A stretch of DNA of 64,000 bases from an uncultured virus (IMG/VR IMGVR_UViG_3300028388_003769) (lineage: Duplodnaviria; Heunggongvirae; Uroviricota; Caudoviricetes). The position numbers and the translations under genes were made by a program. Where the stretch lies: IMG/VR virus record IMGVR_UViG_3300028388_003769; one strand, given 5' to 3'. Under the pieces are notes generated by a model. The model was not told where the DNA came from. It saw only the letters and a program-made list of their open reading frames with translations, and did no database searches. This document shows positions 9,462 to 18,066 of the stretch, in pieces. Every line of letters starts with the position of its first letter. Positions within the stretch are counted from its first letter, which is position 1.

Positions 9462-10085
9462 CTACTTCCAATAAAAGTATCCATAAGTCTTGTTAAACGT
9501 TTCTAATCTATCCTTAACACACAACACTACTGAGCCTGGTTTAAACCTATCCTCAAAGATAGTTACCGGATCAGTGGTGTTTGGGTCCTTGCTTGTTTCA
9601 AGAGTAATAAATATCTGGTAAGGCTCTTCTGAACCATCCCACATATCTACTATATGTAGGTGTGTGATTTTTAAATCACGTTTTGTGGATCTTAATTTCC
9701 TTGCGACTGTTGTGTTTAAACCACTCAACTTCAATAATCGACTGTTTGTATAATACTCTCCACAATGCTTTATAAGTTCGTTGGCTAGTGCTACTTTGGC
9801 TTCAAGACTAGAGTTGAGGTCTTTGGTTCCGATGTGCCAGAAAACAAGATCGTCATTTTTTAAATTAATTTTAAACTTGTAGTCGTAGATTGTACAGTAT
9901 CTTGCATTGCCACAACTATCAATATATTCACACAACCACTCCATATTTGTCTTACCACTTTGACCGTTGTAGTTAAATGTTGGAGCACCTAACAGCTTTA
10001 TAAGATCCTTAGGTGTACACCACAACCCTACACGATGGTAACTGGTCCTGTTTCTAAATGCATGATTTTTTGTTTTCTTAAACAT
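9462..10085 (-). CDS. hypothetical protein
   Basis: L..LLGAP...K...EW...TIYDYK...WHIG pattern; promoter unit upstream; start placed at ATG of MFKK. Confidence 0.65.
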   Translation of the reverse strand: MFKKTKNHAFRNRTSYHRVGLWCTPKDLIKLLGAPTFNYNGQSGKTNMEWLCEYIDSCGNARYCTIYDYKFKINLKNDDLVFWHIGTKDLNSSLEAKVALANELIKHCGEYYTNSRLLKLSGLNTTVARKLRSTKRDLKITHLHIVDMWDGSEEPYQIFITLETSKDPNTTDPVTIFEDRFKPGSVVLCVKDRLETFNKTYGYFYWK

Positions 10086-10164
10086 AACTAACATTTTTTA
10101 ATTAACAATATCTAAATATACAAACATTACTTCGTAATACCAAATAAAAAACATAAAATATTAT

Positions 10165-10195
10165 TTGGATTAATAAATAATTATGTGTATCTTGT
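10165..10195 (+). promoter_or_regulatory. plus-strand promoter-like motif
   Basis: TTG-N20-TATCTTGT upstream of 78-bp element copy 2. Confidence 0.45.
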
Positions 10196-10254
10196 CTTGC
10201 TTGGATCAAACTATTCGCAAGTTACTTGCTAAGTTTTTTCCAATCCACTATTCC

Positions 10255-10332
10255 CAATCCACTTTTTTGCATAGTACCCGACTTGGTTAAACACGCGATT
10301 AAACATGCAACGTGCGCACATCCTTATAACAT
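10255..10332 (+). repeat. 78-bp non-coding element, copy 2
   Basis: ungapped match to copies 1 and 3; extra CAATCCACT at 10241. Confidence 0.85.
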
Positions 10333-10446
10333 ACTATGTGACAAAACTAAGTGTCATTAAAAGATTACCCACAACAGTACGAGCAGAGAACACGGTCGAA
10401 AGGACCACACTTTGTTCGTCTAATAATGTAAGGTTACAAAGCTAGA

Positions 10447-10845
10447 TTAGTCAACCAGCTGCTGTAGTATGTTCCTTGTAAACTTATATCTTCCTCCTCG
10501 CTTACCAGTGCCTATAAATTTGTACTTCTTTCCACGAGGCTTAACTCCGGTCAATGTAAACTCAGATCCTTGAACAGTAAACCTCTTACCGTACATGTCA
10601 GGGGTAGCTCCTACAGCTCTACACTCTCGTTCGAACTTAGCCTGCTCTCTTGATATGCCAGCTGCTTGGGTTGTGTGTGGTCCGGCATCGCTATACGCCT
10701 CTATTTTGCCTCTAAAGAATTGATCAATCGGGTCATAGCGAAGCGCACCCAACTCGATCGCAACGTCATACTTCTGTTCTAGGGACAACATTGCCTTGTT
10801 AAAGTCTCTACGGAAGAGCTTAAGATTTTTTGCATTAATTTCCAT
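10447..10845 (-). CDS. hypothetical protein
   Basis: 132 aa; FR.DF..A...LE.KY and G..F...G..F.LTG.KPR..KY patterns. Confidence 0.75.
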   Translation of the reverse strand: MEINAKNLKLFRRDFNKAMLSLEQKYDVAIELGALRYDPIDQFFRGKIEAYSDAGPHTTQAAGISREQAKFERECRAVGATPDMYGKRFTVQGSEFTLTGVKPRGKKYKFIGTGKRGGRYKFTRNILQQLVD

Positions 10846-11133
10846 AACTAAATTTTTAATTTTATATAATTAATAAAACACAACATTATATATTACGACG
10901 TAAAATGATCTTATGTCGTTTGCTTATAATGTAAAGATACATAAAATATTTAAACTATGCAAATAATTTTAGTATTAATTTTACAACTGTCATAGCGGTT
11001 ATTCGTTTGCACTATAAAGATACAAATAATAAATTAATTAAACAAACAAAATTAATACTAAAATTACAACAGCATAGTGCTACAAATTAACAATCTACAT
11101 TTTTAGTGTTTAATCAAGTTAGTGTAAAAAGAT

Positions 11134-11164
11134 TTGCAAAATCGAGAAATGTTTTGTATCTTAA
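11134..11164 (+). promoter_or_regulatory. plus-strand promoter, divergent from the early array
   Basis: TTG-N20-TATCTTAA upstream of 78-bp element copy 3. Confidence 0.55.
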
Positions 11165-11300
11165 ATGTATGAGATAAAAATATCATGTAGTTAGTGGCTA
11201 AGTGGAACCTGGTTCCACTGGTCGTAGTTTGTACACAGATGATTCGAATGTGTGTGTACGCGGGAGCAGACTGTATGTTCCTTCCGCAAGCAACAAATCC

Positions 11301-11378
11301 CAATCCACTTTTAGGTGCGTTACCCAACTTGGCCAAACACGCGATTCAATACGTAACGTGCACGCATCCTTATAACAC
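11301..11378 (+). repeat. 78-bp non-coding element, copy 3
   Basis: ungapped match to copies 1 and 2. Confidence 0.85.
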
Positions 11379-11981
11379 CACTTCACAACCACAGCAGCTG
11401 TAGCACGTGCACAATGTGTAGGTGTCATTCATACACTGCTCTAAATGTGTTTACAACACTACAGCAACGTACTTGTTGTTGTTGTGCTGGGGATGGGGAT
11501 TGCTGTGTACAAGCACACCAGGTACAGGTTAACAGTTTGCAATCACAGCAAATAAAAATGCTATAGTGATAGTCGCTTGACTAAAGAAAACCGTTGTCTC
11601 TACCCCCGTAAGATCGTATTCAGACGTGCATAAACTGCGGACATGTGTTTTTGTGTGTTACTGAGAAATCCGTATAGTGAAAAACTAATTCGTGTAGAAA
11701 AAATTGCGAGTGACAGAAGGAAGCGTATTAGCTCTCACTCAAACCGTGTACTCACTACACCAACACTTAACCATTTAATAGACTTTACTTACAGTCATTG
11801 TTTGCTTATGGTTTTTGTTATTACACACTACGTGCTTTACGTGTGTTGTTTGTTATGTTATTATGTGTATACATTGTATAGTAGTTATTGTTTATGTTTA
11901 TGTGTGTATTGTTTTATATTATATGCTAAGTATTAGGTGTATTATTGTTAGTATATGTATTAGTTTTATTGGGGCTTGTTT

Positions 11982-12010
11982 GAAGGGGTTGCGGCTGGCT
12001 CAACCCCTTC
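11982..12010. other. GC-rich hairpin ending a C-poor G/T tract
   Basis: GAAGGGGTTG-N9-CAACCCCTTC perfect 10-bp stem. Confidence 0.75.
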
Positions 12011-12224
12011 CAACGTAGTGTGTCATTTTGTGTTGTATTTACTCGTAATAATCCACTACACCTATACTGCTGTTTTACTATTAGTATTTGTGATAATTTA
12101 TTAGGTTAGTTTATTAATTACAATACATCAAAACTAATCTAGATCTTTAGTGTTTAACCGAGTTTACACAACTGACATTTAATCGACACTGTTATTTTAT
12201 AAACACTTCTTAGAAGTTTGGATT

Positions 12225-12656
12225 CTAAAGGTGTGTGGGTTTGACTTTAGGTTTTTGTTTGGTGGTGTCAATGTGTTCTCTTTCCTTTAAAAACATTTGA
12301 TACTCTTCCCAATCGGGGTAGCCAGGACCGAATTGTTCTTTTGTAAATGGTATTTTAACAGACCACAATGTCTTTTGATTTTGCTTTTTATGATTATCAA
12401 TAAATGCTACAACAAATATATTGCCAATCATAATCAATAGTTTACGTATTAACCACACTGTAAAAATTATAACTATTATTAACTTGAGTACAAATACGAT
12501 TTGATAATATACTAATATGTGTTGATAGGGTTCGTCAAGTGACATAGCAGGTATTAAAAAGCTTCCTCTACTGTCTACTGGTGATACTATAACAATTATT
12601 AAAGCTAGGTATATTACAAGTCTTGCTAACAGTGTTCTAGTTATTCGTATAGTCAT
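12225..12656 (-). CDS. membrane protein
   Basis: hydrophobic helices in 143 aa. Confidence 0.7.
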   Translation of the reverse strand: MTIRITRTLLARLVIYLALIIVIVSPVDSRGSFLIPAMSLDEPYQHILVYYQIVFVLKLIIVIIFTVWLIRKLLIMIGNIFVVAFIDNHKKQNQKTLWSVKIPFTKEQFGPGYPDWEEYQMFLKEREHIDTTKQKPKVKPTHL

Positions 12657-12659
12657 TTA

Positions 12660-12767
12660 CTACTGATCTAAGGGTATTGGTGGTACAAATATAACAAATA
12701 GTATTAATGCCAACAAAGCTGGCCATACGGTCAAAAGAATTAATATAAATAATATCCATTTTATCAT
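12660..12767 (-). CDS. 35-aa hydrophobic peptide (not in ORF track)
   Basis: MIKWILFILILLTVWPALLALILFVIFVPPIPLDQ fills the gap before 12656. Confidence 0.5.
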   Translation of the reverse strand: MIKWILFILILLTVWPALLALILFVIFVPPIPLDQ

Positions 12768-12789
12768 AACTACAATATACGAAAAATAT

Positions 12790-13491
12790 TTAGAATCTGC
12801 TAAATAATCCTACAATTATTTTTCTTTCGTCTTGTCTTAGTTTGTATTGTGGATCTACAAACTTACCAAAAGCTATATCGGTTCTTGCATTATCTCTGTC
12901 TCTAGGATCCTCATGATGTCCTGCCATTGGGTATACTGCTGATATAAACAAACCTTGGTTTGGTTTTATGTTTAACTCTAATCTAGAAAACAAACCGACT
13001 ACTGTACCGTCTCGTTTTGTATTTGTACTATTGATCTGTAAGTATGGACCTATTTTTAAATTGTTTATTATAGATGCATAACTAACATATCTAATGTCAA
13101 CTCCTAAATAGTTCTGATCGTTTTCTCCTGACCCTTCGTAAAGATACGTTGGTCCGTATCTAAAATCAAAATGCAACTCAAGTCCTACAGATGGGAAGTT
13201 AGCACCAGCTCCAACTGATATTGGTTTTGATCCGTTAATGTCCGTTCCTCCACTAAATAAAGATTGTCCGATAGATACCCAACCATTCTTTCTTGGACCT
13301 TTTGGGTAGTAGTCTTTTCTAGCTCTTAGATATTTATGGACTTGATGTTTAACATACATTTCAGTATATACCCCATCATCCAGTAGTCCTGGTACAGAGT
13401 ATGGTTCTTGTTCTCTGTCTTGTTGAGAAACTCCCAATACAACTACAAAAAATATTAAGAGAATTGTTAGGGTTGGTTTAGTACGTTGCAT
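12790..13491 (-). CDS. secreted protein, possible outer-membrane beta-barrel
   Basis: signal peptide, alternating beta-strand patterns, C-terminal Phe. Confidence 0.6.
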   Translation of the reverse strand: MQRTKPTLTILLIFFVVVLGVSQQDREQEPYSVPGLLDDGVYTEMYVKHQVHKYLRARKDYYPKGPRKNGWVSIGQSLFSGGTDINGSKPISVGAGANFPSVGLELHFDFRYGPTYLYEGSGENDQNYLGVDIRYVSYASIINNLKIGPYLQINSTNTKRDGTVVGLFSRLELNIKPNQGLFISAVYPMAGHHEDPRDRDNARTDIAFGKFVDPQYKLRQDERKIIVGLFSRF

Positions 13492-13504
13492 TATTTATAT
13501 GATC

Positions 13505-14176
13505 TTAGTTATTTCTCTTTCTCGATCGCTGCGTACCTCTCGATCTACTAGTATTTCTCGATCTGACAGAAGATTTTGACCTACTTCTAGTTGTTGTACC
13601 TCTTCGTGTTGTCGTTGATGATCTCGAACGGCTAACCTTCGTTGTGCGTCTTGCTACTGGTCTTCTTTGTGATGTTGATCTGCTTACTCTACTATTTGAC
13701 GATCTAGAAGTTCCCCTATAAATAGATCTGTTTTTATTGTAGATACCATTTGATACTTTTCGTGAAGTTCTTCTACCACTATTGCTAGTCGCAGTTGAAG
13801 ATGATCCATACCTTCTTGATTGATATACTGAATTATTGTTAGTAATGTGTCTTGGACGTCTAGGAACTATTGGTCTGTTGTATCTATTAAGTGGAGGTCT
13901 GTAGCAGTACCTATTGTTGTACCAGACTTGTGCATTGTAAGAGTACGTACCTCCCCAATACCAGTTACTGTAAAATCTATGGTACCAAGGAGATCTAAAA
14001 AACATAACATCAGGTGTGTACCAATACACCCCCACCATCGGAGTTAGTATAGGAATTCTAACATCTACATACACCTCTCTGTAGTATACATCGTCAATAT
14101 ATCCTTGACCAATTGAGCAACTTGATATAGTTAGTAAAAGTGCTAACCCTGCTATAAATGCTTTTATATGTTTCAT
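13505..14176 (-). CDS. putative lipoprotein with aromatic-rich middle and Arg/Ser-rich tail
   Basis: lipobox ISSC, DDVYY motif, long R/S/T low-complexity C-terminus. Confidence 0.7.
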   Translation of the reverse strand: MKHIKAFIAGLALLLTISSCSIGQGYIDDVYYREVYVDVRIPILTPMVGVYWYTPDVMFFRSPWYHRFYSNWYWGGTYSYNAQVWYNNRYCYRPPLNRYNRPIVPRRPRHITNNNSVYQSRRYGSSSTATSNSGRRTSRKVSNGIYNKNRSIYRGTSRSSNSRVSRSTSQRRPVARRTTKVSRSRSSTTTRRGTTTRSRSKSSVRSRNTSRSRGTQRSRKRNN

Positions 14177-14263
14177 AGTTTATATTTTACTTTATTATAA
14201 ATATCAATTTTCAACTATGATAATATACTAAAAATATCCGTAATATGCAAGGTTAGCTTTGAT

Positions 14264-15706
14264 TTAAGACTTTTTTAACTGTTTAATGTTTCCAGCCATA
14301 ATACTTCCATACGGATATATTCGGTTGGTAATTACAGTTTCATCTCCAAAGTATCTTTCTATTTGATCTACTATTTGATGAGCATTTTTGTATGCAGATG
14401 GAAGTTCTGAAATGTCAGGTTCGCCAAAGAATCTAATATCGTATCCATCAGTCTCCTTCTGTAGCAACTGTTCAGCTGTTTTATGTTGATTGTTCTTTTT
14501 GTGCTGAGTTCTGCTTATAAGCCTTCCTGCACCGTGAGGTGCAAATCCAACAGATTGTGATAGTGAACTACGATTCACCGGTTCAACTACTAATATTGGT
14601 TGAGTCATGTTTAAAGGAATTAATCTTTTACTACTATATACTAAATCATTAAGATCCGATATTAGATCATATGACATAGGAGTAGCTCCTTTTGCATGAT
14701 AGAAGTGTGTTAAGTTACTTTTATCTCTATATACAAAGTTATGAGTGTTCCAAATAGTGTTGTAAATAGTGCTGAGTTCATCATCGGTATTCATAACAGC
14801 ACGTAGTATAGCGTTGTGTATTGATTTATGATTTAGATATGTCCAATCCTTAACGATCTGTAAAGCATCCCAGTACTGCTTACCCTCTTGTGTATCGAAT
14901 GGAATCCAACCGTTGTGTTTTGGAGTATTAGGCGATAGCTTTTTTCTAAACCTTTCAGCAACTGCCCTACCTTTCTTATACAGTGCTGCACCTACTCCTC
15001 TACTTCCATGATGTGTAACTATCCACACCTCTCCTTGTTCATCATAACCTACAAATAGAAAATGATTTCCATCACCTTGAGTAGACATGTGTGACTTAGC
15101 CATTTGTATTATATGTTGATCGTTTAAGTATAGATTTTCTTCCATCATCAATTGTAGAGTTAATGGTAAATCTATTAGCGGAGTGTTGCGACCCCCTTTA
15201 CCGAAATGTGTTATGTTAAAGGCTGCATTTAATACTTGCTTGCACACATCATCGATATCATCACCAAATCTAAAATCTTTTGGTAACTTAGTTGCATAGA
15301 CCGAACAGCATATATCAGCACTATGCATGGATGGGTGTATAGCACTATCAGCAACGACCACTCCACCAACAGGAATGGTTCCTACTGGTCCTGCAGGACA
15401 AGCATCTGGCATAATAGCTCCTTCTATAACTGTAGGTGTTTTCATAACCTCCTCCATAGTTTTTAACACCTGTTCGTAATTTGCCTTTTCGTCTTCTGAT
15501 ACAGGATCGTCTAAATAAATACCATATGGTGCTGGAGTTGTGTGAGGTTGGATTTGTACTATAGGTTTAGGTTTGACAGAGTCTAAGTAGTTAATAAGCT
15601 CTTTACCGCTTAGGCTGTGCTCGTTGCATTGCTTCAATGCTGCACCGAACCACTTTCCTGGTTCATATCCTAAATCTATTAATGTGTGTCCTGTTATTTT
15701 TGTCAT
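14264..15706 (-). CDS. rtcB: RtcB-family RNA 3'-phosphate/5'-OH ligase
   Basis: MPDAC..IPVGGV, SADICC, GDGNHF, HHGSRG, HNF, HAKGAT, PHGAGR, ELPSAYK motifs. Confidence 0.95.
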   Translation of the reverse strand: MTKITGHTLIDLGYEPGKWFGAALKQCNEHSLSGKELINYLDSVKPKPIVQIQPHTTPAPYGIYLDDPVSEDEKANYEQVLKTMEEVMKTPTVIEGAIMPDACPAGPVGTIPVGGVVVADSAIHPSMHSADICCSVYATKLPKDFRFGDDIDDVCKQVLNAAFNITHFGKGGRNTPLIDLPLTLQLMMEENLYLNDQHIIQMAKSHMSTQGDGNHFLFVGYDEQGEVWIVTHHGSRGVGAALYKKGRAVAERFRKKLSPNTPKHNGWIPFDTQEGKQYWDALQIVKDWTYLNHKSIHNAILRAVMNTDDELSTIYNTIWNTHNFVYRDKSNLTHFYHAKGATPMSYDLISDLNDLVYSSKRLIPLNMTQPILVVEPVNRSSLSQSVGFAPHGAGRLISRTQHKKNNQHKTAEQLLQKETDGYDIRFFGEPDISELPSAYKNAHQIVDQIERYFGDETVITNRIYPYGSIMAGNIKQLKKS

Positions 15707-15715
15707 TTTTTTTTG

Positions 15716-15976
15716 CTATACTGCACTCATTGTTATTATTAGTGCTATGATTGTTACTACTTGTACCACAACTATACTGAATACCCATAAACGTAGTTGT
15801 AGGATTTTTGATTGCTGTTGGTTAATTGTGTTTTTGTAAGTTGTATCGAGTTGCTCATAGTACTGTATCATTCGTGTCTGTCGTTCGATTATCTCTTTCT
15901 GTGTTTTATAAATGTCATCAGTTCTTTGTTGATTCTCTTTCATACGTGTTGAGAATTCCCACATAGTAGAATCCAT
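15716..15976 (-). CDS. coiled-coil protein with C-terminal TM helix
   Basis: 86 aa, hydrophobic C-terminus. Confidence 0.65.
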   Translation of the reverse strand: MDSTMWEFSTRMKENQQRTDDIYKTQKEIIERQTRMIQYYEQLDTTYKNTINQQQSKILQLRLWVFSIVVVQVVTIIALIITMSAV

Positions 15977-15979
15977 TTA

Positions 15980-16333
15980 TTATATTTTTTTATTTTTCAT
16001 TTTTATTGCTTTACGTACCCACCTACTCGGTACGTCTTCGTAGCATCCATATTTAACATACAATCCACTAATGGGCTTACGGTTTACTCTTATTAGTTCT
16101 AATTTGTTAATTCGATAAACATAAATTAAACTCTTAAAATGAGCTTCGGTTGAGCGAGCTGGGACGTAATAATCATAACAGTCATAATAGTAGTCTACTC
16201 TATAATTTACTCCATCAACTGTAGTTGTTTTTGTTACATGGCACTTGTCTGTTAAAGGCAAAGAGGTTTGAGCTGTCATAGAAGCAATTCCAAAAGCAAG
16301 TAACAGTAATACTGTCATAGTAGTGTTATTCAT
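15980..16333 (-). CDS. secreted hypothetical protein
   Basis: N-terminal signal peptide. Confidence 0.65.
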   Translation of the reverse strand: MNNTTMTVLLLLAFGIASMTAQTSLPLTDKCHVTKTTTVDGVNYRVDYYYDCYDYYVPARSTEAHFKSLIYVYRINKLELIRVNRKPISGLYVKYGCYEDVPSRWVRKAIKMKNKKI

Positions 16334-16355
16334 ATATTATTTTAATTTTTATTAA

Positions 16356-16577
16356 TTAATTATCATGTAATTGGTCGTAGAAAGTTCCGGTTTCGAGATG
16401 ATCAGCCATCTCTCTTAGTAAGTCAGGAAGAACTTCTATATTTTTTAAATTATGTAAGTGTGTAGCTCTGTTACCTGAAAAGAAAGCACAGTAGTAGGCT
16501 ACGTTATCATCAACTGTTTCAATTGTGTTATGTATATACTGTTGTATATCATCTAGGGATTTGCGAGGGATTGGCAT
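16356..16577 (-). CDS. hypothetical protein
   Basis: 73 aa ORF. Confidence 0.6.
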   Translation of the reverse strand: MPIPRKSLDDIQQYIHNTIETVDDNVAYYCAFFSGNRATHLHNLKNIEVLPDLLREMADHLETGTFYDQLHDN

Positions 16578-16601
16578 AAGCTTTTATTTTGTAATGTGTA
16601 G

Positions 16602-16812
16602 CTGTCAGGGTAGGATTCGAACCTACAAGGTGAGGTTAGTGAGAAAACAACTGTACGTACTAGTGGTCAACCCTTGATATATTTTCTCATTTATCCCTAA
16701 TGGCTTTTCTAGGTATCACCTTGTTTGACTCCCTAGATTTAACGGACATACCCGACCACCTATCACCACCCCCGAGACAAGAGGGCATGGCTACCTATTT
16801 CATCACCTGACA
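16602..16812 (-). tRNA. tRNA-Asp(GTC)-like RNA with a 142-nt structured variable region
   Basis: acceptor TGTCAGG/CCTGACA + G73; D-arm ATG/CAT; anticodon arm CCCTC-TTGTCTC-GGGGG; T-arm GTAGG-TTCGAAT-CCTAC. Confidence 0.75.
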
Positions 16813-16853
16813 ATAATTTAACATTTTAATTTTTAAATATAACTTTTATAGAA

Positions 16854-17273
16854 TTAAAAGACTCTAACTTCCCACTCGGATTCAAGATCTTCTAACTTAA
16901 TTTCTATTTCATTTTTTATACCACCATCACGATCGTAACCGGTAACTATTAATTCTGTACTCAATATCTGCTTCGCATCTTTATCTACTAAATCCTCTAT
17001 ACCAATTTCAGCAGTAAATCCAGAAAAGTTGTCTTCCGGTCCTACTCCGCCCTCTGGAAGTTCTTCGTTATCGTTTTCCATTTCAATCCACCAATAGTCC
17101 TTGTCTGTCAGCTTTATGGTTCTAATCAGTGTTGACCAAAATAATTCAATATTATTAATCCTACTAAATCTAATACTAACTGTTTTTTTATTAATTAAAT
17201 CTTTAATGTGTTGCTTTTCTAAACTATTTAAACTTTCAGTTAGTATGGTTTTTGCTATACTAGATAGTTTCAT
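16854..17273 (-). CDS. hypothetical protein
   Basis: 139 aa, preceded by TATTTATT motif. Confidence 0.7.
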   Translation of the reverse strand: MKLSSIAKTILTESLNSLEKQHIKDLINKKTVSIRFSRINNIELFWSTLIRTIKLTDKDYWWIEMENDNEELPEGGVGPEDNFSGFTAEIGIEDLVDKDAKQILSTELIVTGYDRDGGIKNEIEIKLEDLESEWEVRVF

Positions 17274-17347
17274 TTTCTTTAACGTTTATTAATAAATATA
17301 ACTTTTATTGTTGAGAAAACCAACATTTTTAACAAATAAAGTTATTG

Positions 17348-17419
17348 AGGCTTTGGCAGGATTTGAACCTGCGTACGTGGTTTTGCAGACCACTACCTAT
17401 GCCACTCGGTCACAAAGCC
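17348..17419 (-). tRNA. tRNA-Cys(GCA)
   Basis: GGCTTTG/CAAAGCC, U73, GTGGT-CTGCAAA-ACCAC. Confidence 0.92.
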
Positions 17420-17427
17420 TAATTTAG

Positions 17428-17503
17428 ATCCAACGGTGGGACTCGAACCCACAACCATCCGCTTACAAGACGGAAGCTCTGATACCAGTTGAGCTACGTT
17501 GGA
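17428..17503 (-). tRNA. tRNA-Thr(TGT)
   Basis: full cloverleaf, TCCGT-CTTGTAA-GCGGA. Confidence 0.92.
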
Positions 17504-17724
17504 TTGTAGATTGAGTAAATTTTACACTCAACTGTTTTGGGAGTTACAGTATTGTGTACTATCTCTCTATGAAATAGTTTTTTATTTTTGTATATTCTTA
17601 GCTCACATCCACCATCTCCATCACAATTTTTATTACCTACTCCCCAATAATACTCCTCACTACCCACTACAATCTTTCTCAACTTGCTTTTTTTAAAACT
17701 ATTTCCCATATTTTTATAAACCAT
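17494..17724 (-). CDS. small hypothetical protein between tRNAs (start approximate)
   Basis: KLRKIVVGSEEYYW.V...VTPKTV; track N-terminus overlaps tRNA-Gly so a later ATG is used. Confidence 0.55.
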   Translation of the reverse strand: MVYKNMGNSFKKSKLRKIVVGSEEYYWGVGNKNCDGDGGCELRIYKNKKLFHREIVHNTVTPKTVECKIYSIYNPT

Positions 17725-17735
17725 TTTGTATTCTG

Positions 17736-17809
17736 AGCGACATATCGGGATCGAACCGACTCTATTCCTGCTTGGAAGGCAGGTGCACCACCACTTATGC
17801 GTATGTCGC
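17736..17809 (-). tRNA. tRNA-Gly(TCC)
   Basis: GCGACAT/ATGTCGC, U73, CCTGC-CTTCCAA-GCAGG. Confidence 0.9.
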
Positions 17810-17816
17810 AAGTTTG

Positions 17817-17885
17817 TGGGATAGGAAGGATTTGAACCTTCGAGCTGAGGTTTTACAGACCTGGCTTCTACCCTGGATCTATCTC
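17817..17885 (-). tRNA. atypical tRNA-Tyr(GTA): reduced D-arm, short variable loop
   Basis: AGGT-CTGTAAA-ACCT; T-arm GAAGG-TTCAAAT-CCTTC; acceptor GAGATAG/CTATCCC with one mismatch. Confidence 0.6.
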
Positions 17886-17899
17886 TCAGAAGATTTTTG

Positions 17900-17972
17900 C
17901 GGTCTATACGAGAATCGAACTCGTACCACCTGATAGACAGTCAGGTATCCTATACCATTGGACCAATAGACC
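17900..17972 (-). tRNA. tRNA-Asp(GTC)
   Basis: GGTCTAT/ATAGACC, G73, CCTGA-CTGTCTA-TCAGG (T at position 37). Confidence 0.9.
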
Positions 17973-17995
17973 TGTTGCGTTACTAGTTGTTTTTG

Positions 17996-18066
17996 CGTGC
18001 TATCAAGGAATCGAACCCTGTCCTTGTACGGTTTTGGAGACCGACTGCTTCCATAAGCTATAGCAC
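17996..18066 (-). tRNA. tRNA-Trp(CCA), short D-arm
   Basis: GTGCTAT/ATAGCAC, G73, CGGT-CTCCAAA-ACCG. Confidence 0.8.

Larger units (their letters stand above)
148..11050 (-). promoter_or_regulatory. about 25 dispersed copies of a Bacteroidota-type sigma70 promoter unit (minus strand TTG-N~20-TATCTTTAAGTATTGTTAATTAA or TATATTTAGGTATTGTTAAT)
   Basis: + strand ttaacaatacttaaagata/ttaacaatacctaaatata or close variants near 151, 521, 775, 960, 1314, 1635, 1989, 2374, 2831, 3272, 3824, 4124, 4380, 4656, 5083, 6507, 6899, 7418, 8140, 8476, 8752, 9387, 10102, 10930, 11011; resembles the -33 TTG / -7 TAnnTTTG consensus. Confidence 0.8.

Noticed and set aside
148..11050. CRISPR array or integron attC array
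   Set aside because: Repeats are separated by 100-900 bp whole ORFs, match promoter/terminator motifs, and no cas or integrase gene is present.
11103..12018. ORFs 11103..11336, 11194..11403, 11198..11428, 11643..11936, 11815..12018
   Set aside because: Mutually overlapping, with low-complexity C/V/Y composition from the G/T tract; treated as non-coding.
16602..16812. tmRNA, Y RNA or group I intron-containing tRNA
   Set aside because: No G3:U70 or tag frame, normal acceptor ends rather than the Y RNA arrangement, and the insert is short with no recognisable group I core.
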